Both the position numbers and the translations under genes were made by a program. From Octopus vulgaris (lineage: Eukaryota): a stretch of DNA of 64,000 nt. Shown piece after piece: positions 54,358 through 64,000 of the stretch. Numbering within the stretch: position 1 is the first letter of the stretch; each line of letters opens with the position of its first letter. The DNA lies in the NCBI GenBank assembly GCA_951406725.2, contig OX597829.1:29946001-30010000 (forward strand), read 5' to 3'. The notes beneath the pieces were generated by a model that did not search any database, was not told where the DNA came from, and saw only the letters and a list, made by a program, of their open reading frames with translations.

Positions 54358-54572
54358 ACCCTGGCAGAATCATTAGCATGCTAGACAAAATGTTTGGCAG
54401 CATTTCTTCCAACTTTATATTCTATGTTCAAAAGCTGCCATGGTCAGCTTTGATTTCAGCCTCTCTGAGTCAATAAAATAAGTACCAGCTGAGCACTGGG
54501 ATTGATCTAATCAACCTTTACCCAACTCCTGAAATTGTTGACCTTGTGCCCAAATTTGAAACTTATTATTAT
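54358..54572 (+). mobile_element. SINE family A, short-tail variant, ending about 35 nt upstream of a Klc acceptor
   Basis: CTGGCAGAATCATTAGCATG head, TAAAATAAGTACCAG core and CCCAAATTTGAAAC tail. Confidence 0.8.
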
Positions 54573-54607
54573 TAGAATTACTGTGCATATTATTTTTCTT
54601 TTAACAG

Positions 54608-54686
54608 AATGAGGAAAAAGAGAATGATCAGTCATCCCTCGATTTAGGTTTTCCTGATGATGATGATGATAGTGGTCAACCAGAAG
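54608..54686 (+). CDS. Klc: Kinesin light chain 79-nt exon, acidic linker NEEKENDQSSLDLGFPDDDDDSGQPE
   Basis: TTTTTCTTTTAACAG acceptor and GAAG|GTACTG donor. Phase 0 in and phase 1 out, exactly bridging the flanking exons. Encodes the acidic (L)FP linker typical of KLC. Not in the ORF track. Confidence 0.92.
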
Positions 54687-55890
54687 GTACTGATAGATTT
54701 ATATAATATTTTAATTGAAGTTTTGCTTTAACCCTTTGCACTTTCATTCATACATTTATTACATGATAATGTACATATATGCTTTTTTAGTCTGATTAAA
54801 ATTAGCATTATTCCTTATTCAAAATATTAGATGACCTTAAAATATTATTGTAATAATTTTTTTATCACAGAAGTTTGGATGTAAATGTAGTTGTAGTAAT
54901 TTAGATGCAAAGCAGACTTTTTTTTCTATGTATAGTTAGGACTACATTGTCCTATAAGTCCTTTGTTTTGTTTTGTTTTCAATATGGGTGTGATTTGAAG
55001 ATGATTTGGCTGCCATTTCTTTCAGTACAAGCTATCAGATTGAGTAAGGGTACCTTTTTTAGTTTCAATAATGAAATGAAGTTTATAAAAACTTGTTTGA
55101 TACATATGTATCTAGAAGAATAGTGTTTTATAGCACACACTCATATGTATATGACTTAGATAAAATTACTGTTTTGGTTTTAGAGATTTTGAATACAGAT
55201 GACATTTCAGCTGCCATTGAAGGAATTCCCACCTTTGACATTGGGACTTGCTTGATAGTGTCATATGTGCATGTCACTTAAAATATTTTAAAATTAAGTA
55301 ATACTATTGTAATACAAACCCTGTGATGCGTCTCTATTTTCAGAAAAACCGTAGAAAATTAACTGTGTATAGTATTCTTTAATTTTGAGATTTTGTATCT
55401 TACCATTATTATGATAAAATATAGCCAGCACATTCTGTAAAGTGTTTGGTGATTGGTAGAGCATCCAGCTTTAGAAAACCTGTCAAAAATGAAGTATAAC
55501 GATGAAACTTGAAGTCTTTATGCAGTACCACATTCTAGCTGTTCTCAAAGTAGAGGGTGGCTCTTTAAGTTCTCTTCCTCACATGGAATAGTTTCTCTTC
55601 TAGTGTTGGTGATGTAAAATGATGACAGTGATGGTGATTCTGTAAAAACAAAAGTGGTGAAATGAATGTGACATAGAAACAAGAGTACACATCTTTCTGC
55701 AAACAGTTAAGATATCTTTAAGACAGAACCTCTTCTGCAGCTTAGTAAATTAAATCTGTTTGCGTCACATCTTAACAGCTTAGTGTTGTAGTCACAAGTT
55801 TAATCAGCTCTACAATAAGGATTGATTGTTCATCTTTTCCAGGTTTTGATAGGAATTAAATGATGCTTAATTTACTTAATTTTCTATTAA

Positions 55891-56223
<333 letters not shown>

Positions 56224-57339
56224 TAAATCAATTTAAGAAAATTGTTTAAATTATGTATCAAATTTAAAGTTTATTAAGATTTAAAAACAGTTGTTCACAA
56301 ATTTTTACTTAATGTTTCATAATTAGAAATATTAAGCTACTTTTAGATTCATTCAAACTTAAGTTTTATGTCTGAATTTGGAATACTCTGTAAATTTTCA
56401 AAGACAATTTCATAATCTTTTAAAATTCTGTGATGTTGAAATTTGTATTACCTTTTTTGTTATTGAAATTTGTGATTATCTTTTGACATTACATTTTCCT
56501 TCCCTTGCTTCCAGATTTTCTGCATCTTACACCATTTTTTTGTACCTTCATTACTTTATTCAAAAAAAAATTTTTTTTTTCATTTTAACATTTTTTGAGA
56601 GATGTTTAAAACTTTTCCTCCTTCACCAACCTTCATGTGGTATTTACAAATTCCTTTCTGTTGATCTCTAAAACAAAAAGTATTTTAAACAAATATAGTT
56701 GAATAGAGTGCTATTTCAAGAGGCTTACAACCAATGAAACAGTTAATTTTTTTCCTATAAATTTCTTTAATAACAGCACAGAAGAAATCAGACTTCTCTT
56801 TTATCTTCTCTTTATATCTTTACATATTAAAATATAATTTATATGTTTCGGTTGTTTTAAATTTAACTTTTTCCCTTCTTTCCTTGAATTACAAAAAACC
56901 CTTTACCCAACTGCTTTACATCCAAAGCTTACCAACCCTGTATTTAGCTTTGATATAAATATATTTTAAATTGTTTGACCCCTCTGATTCTGTTTGGTTT
57001 TTACAGGGATTTGGGATCAATAAAACTAGCCATGTCATGTCTCCATTCTTCTCTGGAAATCAGAGAGAAAGCACTTGGGAAGGATGACCCAACTGTGAGT
57101 TTTAGGAATGTAAAATTAACAATAGTTAAAATTTAACTTATTGTATTAAACATGGAAAAGAATTTTTTTTTGTTAAAAATTATTGCCCTTATAAAAAATT
57201 ACATTTACTGTCGAGGTTATATTAGGATAGAAATATTTCTTCTTTTTTAAATATGAAATTTAACCAAATAAAAAAAACATGTTGCATCTGTCACAATCCA
57301 TATCATATATTTGTAGTTTTGATATTATCACATTTGATT

Positions 57340-57547
57340 AAAGGCAGCGATCTGGCAGAATTGTTAGCATGCTAGGCAAAATGCTCAGCAGCTTTTTGTC
57401 TGTCTGAGTTCAAATTGTGCCAAGGTCGACTTTGCCTTTCATCCTTTCAGGGTAGATAAAATAAGTACCAGTTGAATATTGGGGTTGATGTAATCAGTTT
57501 ACTCCCCTCTCCCAAAATTGCTGGTCTTATGCCAAAATTTGAAACCA
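57340..57547 (+). mobile_element. SINE family A, short-tail variant
   Basis: 17-bp TSD ATATTATCACATTTGAT at 57322-57338 and 57548-57564. A truncated copy lies at about 61963-62075. Confidence 0.88.
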
Positions 57548-58362
57548 ATATTATCACATTTGATCAGTTGCAGTTTTAATATAATTTGATATGGTGGTTG
57601 GTTGGTTTAGTTTAGATTTTATTCATTTGAAATGATTCTTTGATTTAGGAAGTAAAATTTTACATCTCTCTTTATAGTTATGTATTCAACATTTCTATTT
57701 ATAATTATGTATTTAATGTTGTATTTCAACTTAAGTACTTTTTTCTTTGCTTTAGAGCCTATACATGGATTTAACTTGATACCTTCATCATGAGTTTTGT
57801 GAAATGCTTTCTTGTCTTAAGTCTGATTTCTTGGCTATGAAAATATTGTGCTGTTATTGTGTAGCCCACATCAGCCCAAATTGAGCAGTCTCATGTAATA
57901 TTACTAATTGTTCTGAGGGTGTGATCCCTTCAAATTCATAGTTCCCTATGTACTATGCAGACATTTAGTAAAGGACCATCCTGCACATTCTAACATGCAG
58001 TGGTTCATTATACATGGTGCAATGTGAAATTGTATGTGTTTTGTTCAGTGTGACAGGTGTGTGGTATATATTCTCCATCATCCAAATCGGTGTCTGCATG
58101 TCTAGAGATTTTGCAGATGGTCACAATGGAGGCGGGCAGAGTTCAACTTAGAATGTGACATCTGGTGTTTTATTCTGTTCTTAATAAGTCTAGTAGTACA
58201 TGGGACAATAAATCTTTAGACAGTTTAAATATCATCACCTTCTTAATTTTATGTTTGCTGTATCTATATTTCTGTAGGTTGAACAGATTTTAAAATTCTT
58301 TTGAAATTTAGAAAGGATTTTCCATATTTCCGAAGTTAATATTTGAATGTCAACAGTCAAAT

Positions 58363-58703
58363 ATCGTCATCATCATCGTCGTTTAATGTCCGTTTTTCAT
58401 GCTAGCATGGGCTGGATGGTTTGTCTGAGGACTGGCAAGCCAGTAGGCTGCACCAGGCTCGAATCTGATCTGGTAAAGTTTCTACAGCTGGACGCCCTTC
58501 CTAACACCAATTACTCTGAGAGTGTAGTGGGTGCTTTTTATGTGCCACCGGTACAGAAGCCAGTCAGGTGGCATTGGCATCGACCATATTTGGATGGTGC
58601 TTTTTATATGTCACCAGCATGAGGAGGCAGTCAGGTGGCACTGGCATTGACCCATACTTGAATGGTGCTTATTATGTGCCACCAGCATGGGTGCCAGTCA
58701 GGT
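58363..58703 (-). mobile_element. Family C element with internal tandem repeats
   Basis: Same as the 61392 copy; three units of GGTGCTTTTTATGTGCCACC...CCAGTCAGGTGGCA.TGGCAT. Confidence 0.82.
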
Positions 58704-58906
58704 GATTTATTACATATCACTCACAATTATTTTATTAAGTAAGCATTGCGTTTTTAGCTAGTTCTCTAAATTTTTAGTATGTAAAAATATAAATATTGTC
58801 TTAGCCATTGGTACTTTAAAGACAAATTAGTAGTTTATTTAGACTGATATTTCAGTTCTAATACTAATTTCTTTACACAAAGATGTATTTGAAGCATATC
58901 TCCATA

Positions 58907-59273
58907 GGCATAGGAGTGGCTGTGTGGTAAGTAGTTTGCTTACCAGCCACATGGTTCCAGGTTCAGTCCCACTGCGTGGCATCTTGGGCAAGTGTCTTCT
59001 ACTATAGCCTTGGGCTGACCAAAGCTTTACGAGTGGATTTGGTAGATGGAAACTGAAAGAAGTCACATGTGTGTGTATGTTTGTGCGTCTGTGTTTGTCT
59101 CCCCACCATTGTTTGACAACCGATGTTGGTGTGTTTGCATCCCTGTAACTTAGCAGTTCGGCAAAAGGAACTGATAGAATACGTACTAGGCTTACAAAGA
59201 ATAAGTCCTGGGATCGATTTGTTTGACTAAAGGCGGTACTCCAGCATGACCACAGTCAAATGGCTGAAACAAA
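58907..59273 (+). mobile_element. SINE family B, near full-length
   Basis: Same sequence as the 29719 copy in + orientation. Further + copies at about 38-280, 14232-14400, 26915-27050, 33107-33412, 53873-53995 and 60395-60740. Confidence 0.9.
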
Positions 59274-61391
59274 TATAATAATCATAAGAAAACTATATCG
59301 TATGGAATCTTTCTAGTATGTTATACCGTTTTGTATACTTTTCATTTGATTTCTGTTAATATTTAGCTTATTTAACCAATAATTCACATTCTAAATTACA
59401 CCTTAACTAAGAATTACATATTGTGTAATTACACATTGTGTAATTGTGATGGAAGCAGGTTAAGTTGTATAAGTGCCAAAACTCTCCATTATCTTTAAAT
59501 TTCAGAAACTTCATGCCAAATAAAACTTTTAGAACTTCCTTTATCAGGTTGAATGAGAGTAATTTCTATTTTGGCATTAACGAGGAAATGAGATATTTTC
59601 TTTTATATACATATTCATTATCAGCTCAGAATTTCAAAATATGTTTTCAACACACGTTACATACCTGAAGCATTTAACCTTGCTGCAAAGTATGTTTTAG
59701 ATGTATGTTGCATACAGCATGGCTATTTGGCTAATATCTTTTAGGGTGTAATTTGTGAAATTACCCAATGAGTATTGCTATGTCTTGATATATTGATGCA
59801 TCTAACAAAGGCATTTTGTGATATTTGCTGTGCAAGATGTGCTTTACACTAAAAGTCTTTGTTGATTGATAAAAAGGTACCCAATGAAAAACTATAGTTG
59901 CTGTAATTAGAACAAAAGAAAAAAATAAATGTGCCCTAGCATGGTTGTAGCCCAAAAGAGTACAATTAGTAAACAAATAAAAGAATATAAATGTATTATG
60001 AATGATAAATATGTCTTCGCATCTTGAACTGTTTGGTTTGCTAATTATGCCTGACATTCCAATTAATTTTAGAATCCTATACAAATTATTACATGTTCAT
60101 CATTTTCTTATATTCCTTGATTACATTTTATTATAATAACTATCTCCTTTCATTCTTTCCTGAATTACACCATAATTATTTAACTAACTTACTGGTCAAT
60201 TGTTTGCTTAGTCATTTAGTCAGTCAATCAATCAGCAAGATACAACAAAATCTTTTTCAACACTTTATTTTACTTCAAAAAATTTGGCAAATCTTATTCA
60301 GAAACCCATGCAAAGTGTTCTCTTCAAGCCAAGAACACTTTTTAGGTTTCAGTTTTTTTTTTTTTGTACCTTCTAAGCATAAATATTTCCAACATAGACT
60401 CAGGTGTAACTGTGTGATAAGAAGCTTACTTAATCACATGGTTCTGGATTCAGGCCCACTGCAATGCACCTTTGGCAAGTGTTTTCTATTTATATCCTTA
60501 GGCTGATCAAAGCCTTGGAAGTGAATTTGGTAGACGGAAATTGGAAGAAGCTTGCCATATATATATAGTGTCTATCCCCCACACACTGCATAACTTAGCA
60601 GTTCAGCAAAAGTGATCAACAGAATAAGTACCAGGCTTAAATAAAAAGTACTAGTGTTGATTCATTCAACTAGAATTTCTTTAATGCAGTGCTCCAGCAT
60701 GACCACAGTCTAATAACTGAAACGAATAAAAGATAGAAGATTTAAAAATAAACTATAAAATGAAGCATACTTGAAATTCCTCACCTTTTTAAATATAGAA
60801 AACATTGAAATTTCTAAAGACATTTATCATTATATGTTTTATTATTATATCAACTTTTTAAAACATACTAGACCATGAGATATGAAGAATAGATATTGTT
60901 AAATTGTTAATTATTAAGAAGAAAAAAAAGCAATAAATTGTGCATTATATTTTTAACATTTCATTTAGTTTGAAGGTATTTTAAAATATAACTCAGGGTA
61001 TTATTCATTTTATGACTATTTTCAAATGCTGACAACTGGTATGTTAGTTGAATTAAAAAGCGTATATGAATTTGATTAGATCTCATTCATTCATAGTAAG
61101 ATCATTGCCATTATTTGCAGTTGGTTCTTTTTCCTTATTTTTGAAAAGAAATTTCAAGACATTTCAAAACTTGGCCATCATTGAAAAGTTAATTAACGTA
61201 TATTCAAATTTTAAGGCATTTGAGAATAGTTATTTTCAGGAACAACTTTTTAATGAATTGCTTCAAATTTGTCAATCTAAAGTTTCTCAGTAAATGGCAA
61301 ATTTTGCTGCAAAGTGTCTAGATAATAATGATTACCAAATTTTAATCAAAGAAACTCAATTGCTAATCACTTCCCCTAAGTTGTTTATTAT

Positions 61392-61780
61392 TCATCATCA
61401 TCATCATCATCATTTAACATCCGCTTTCCATGCTAGCATGGGTTGAACGATTTGACTGAGGGCTGGCGAACTAGATGGCTGCACCAGGCTTCAATCTTGA
61501 TCTGGCAGAGTTTCTATAGCTGGATGCCCTTCCTAATGCCAACCACTCCGAGAGTGTAGTGGATGCTTTTACGTGTCGCTGGCACGGGGCCAGTCAGGCA
61601 GTACTGGCAATGACCTCGCTCGAATCTTTTACACATGCCACCGGCACAGGTACCAGTAAGGCGATGCTGGCAACGATCACGCTCGAATGGTGTTTTTTAC
61701 GTGCCACTGGCACGGAGGCCAGATAGCCATTCTGGCAACGATTACGCTCGGATGGTGCTCTTAATACCCTACTAGCCCGG
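61392..61780 (-). mobile_element. Family C element with about 60-bp internal tandem repeats
   Basis: (CAT)n TTTAACATCCGCTTTCCATGCTAGCATGGG start on +, followed by 3-4 units of ...TTTTACGTGCCAC.GGCAC....CTGGCAACGA..CGCTCG.ATGG. Confidence 0.85.
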
Positions 61781-62114
61781 GGCTCTGTCGTTTCACTTCT
61801 CAGAGCTCTTGATCTCACTCGCTCTGGTTGATTCTGTGAGAGCAGACAGCAACCTGCTGTCAGAGGTCTCACATGGCATGGTCTCTTTCTGCAAATTATA
61901 AGCTTTAGTACTTGGATGTTAACTTAACATGAAAGACAATCATTATTATTATTATTATCTTTTAAGGCAGTGAGCTGCAAAATCATTAGCATGTTGGATG
62001 AAATGCTTAGCAGTATTTTGCCCATCACTACGTTTTGAGTTCAAATTCTACTGAGTTCAACTTTGCCTCTCATTATCATCATATCTATGAGCCCTGTTGA
62101 AGTGATAGTGTTTT

Positions 62115-62342
62115 TTAACCCTTTAGCATTCAGGTTACTCTGTCCAATGTTATGTATATTTATTGACATTCTTTTGAATTAATCATGCATTATCTTGTAA
62201 CTTTGGGATTCATGATGTGATTGTTTATTTTTACAATGGCATTGTAGAGTAGATGTGAGAGGCCAGATCTGTCTGGCTTAAACATAAAACTGGTAAAACA
62301 TTTGGGCTTGGATGTGGCCAGTTTAAATGCTAAATGGGTTAA
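62115..62342 (+). mobile_element. piggyBac-like TTAA MITE
   Basis: TTAACCCTTTAGCATT ... AATGCTAAATGGGTTAA; same body as 43291. A left-half fragment also lies at about 20823-20926. Confidence 0.85.
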
Positions 62343-63295
62343 CTCCTACTTTTAGTGAGTGTATTTGGGAGAATAAGGCTCTGTCTAATATATATATTTT
62401 TGATAATACTTCAAATAAGTTAAGCCTTTTCATTTTTGCTTACTAAACCCAAGGGAAAAGCAGTGCCCCATGACTTTTTGACGTACTCTGAGACTAGTTA
62501 GCTTGATCTTATTAATGTCATGTTTAAATTGTTGCAAGAGAGATATGAGCTGGGTAGAGATTCTAGGAGGTGGATGTTTAGGTGAGGAAGAACTGGGTAT
62601 AGCATTTAGTGCATGACCTAGAGCATTGACACCAGAAGGGTGATGACTATAGGAGACACAAATGGATTGGGAGTGTCTGAGTGGAAAGATACAAGATCAG
62701 CTGTTTCCAAGGAACAGAAACCATAATGGTTGCTAATTTATTCTCAAAATAAATATTTAATCTTATGAAATAATTAGTAATTCAATTGTCAGAAGAAAGA
62801 AAACTTTTCATTTTATATTTTAAACACCCATGTACAGTATACATTTATATATATTTATGGATAATGTAATGCATTCTTATTAAGAAAAACATATATTCCT
62901 TTTCTTTCTTCATATGAAAGTGTATACATGCATACATAACGTGTATGTGCTTGCAAGAAGTGTATATGTGCATTTTTGTTTGTATATCTGGCTGTCTATG
63001 TGTTTGTATGTGGATATCTATATATGTATGTGTTTGTGGTTGTGCATGTAGATGTACATATAGACATGTACAAATAGAACTAATAAAGTAACTATTTACT
63101 TTACAACACACATTGAATACTTTATATTTTATTTGCAAATAGCAGTGTAAACATACTATATATACACACATATACAACTGCATTTAGTCAATTGTAGTTT
63201 AACCTTGACAATAAGCAACTACTTATACTGATTTTTTTTTTAAGTTCATCTCCACATTTTCTTTCATGCCCCTCCCCCTCCTCTATCTCTCATGA

Positions 63296-63544
<249 letters not shown>

Positions 63545-64000
63545 TAGCTGCTTTATGTAGTGCATGTTCACAAAAGGTAGCATTTTGTCTTTGGCCACTG
63601 CTACTACTTTTACATTCATTGACTTATCCACACTCATTTCTTTTTCTGTTATCTGTTGTATGGTATTTCTCTTAATAATTTGGCTTACTGCTATCTTATT
63701 TATCTCTGTCTTCACTCACTCTCGCACACTTTCTGTAACTCACTCTCTTATAGTCTCACTTACACAATGGCTTCAATATGCTTTCTCCAAATAATCTTAG
63801 CATGCTACTGAATATTATAGAACAAATTTCATGGTCAATATATCATGGGGGATAAGAGAAAAATGATAATAGAAATTCTCTGTCATTGTTGCTTTCTAAA
63901 GGGTGAAGAACGGACTGTCTTGCATGAAACTGTCTTACATTTTAATGTATTTTACAAGGGTTGAGTGAACCAAGCTTGGTTTTGTAGTCACAACGTTGTG

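Noticed and set aside
61560-61780. About 60-bp repeated units resembling a CRISPR-like array
   Set aside because: Degenerate tandem repeats internal to a eukaryotic SINE family, with no unique spacers and no cas genes.

Overview
AT-rich, CpG-depleted, microsatellite- and SINE-rich animal genomic DNA. The repeat families and the KLC protein suggest an octopus or other coleoid cephalopod (inference). The window holds the 5' half of one spliced gene on the + strand, kinesin light chain (Klc). Six coding exons can be joined in frame with GT-AG introns: 36110-36144, 44406-44649, 52265-52495, 54608-54686, 55913-56141 and 63436-63523. They encode MEVTQTVKSYRIKKIEEIGKMTALSQ..., the heptad-repeat region, the acidic LGFP linker, TPR1 and most of TPR2; the gene continues beyond the window. 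Two of these exons (36110 and 54608) are absent from the ORF track. The rest is intronic or upstream DNA filled with tRNA-derived SINE families, a decayed mariner transposon, a non-autonomous Helitron, piggyBac-like TTAA MITEs and RTE/CR1 LINE relics. The most interesting signal is a candidate system for diversifying the KLC N-terminus through the shared phase-2 acceptor at 44406. It comprises a 12-nt microexon with neural-microexon hallmarks (18980-18991), a candidate alternative first exon (MCVC...MSPK, 16507-16571), an in-frame Cys-rich 32-aa extension plus a strong-Kozak uORF in the 36 kb exon, and a GYNGYN tandem donor. Several strong hairpins and inverted repeats are also present as potential dsRNA/ADAR substrates. 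None of the alternative exons is proven without transcript data. Almost all ORFs in the supplied track are microsatellite, SINE or antisense artefacts. Repeat boundaries are approximate unless a TSD or TIR is cited.
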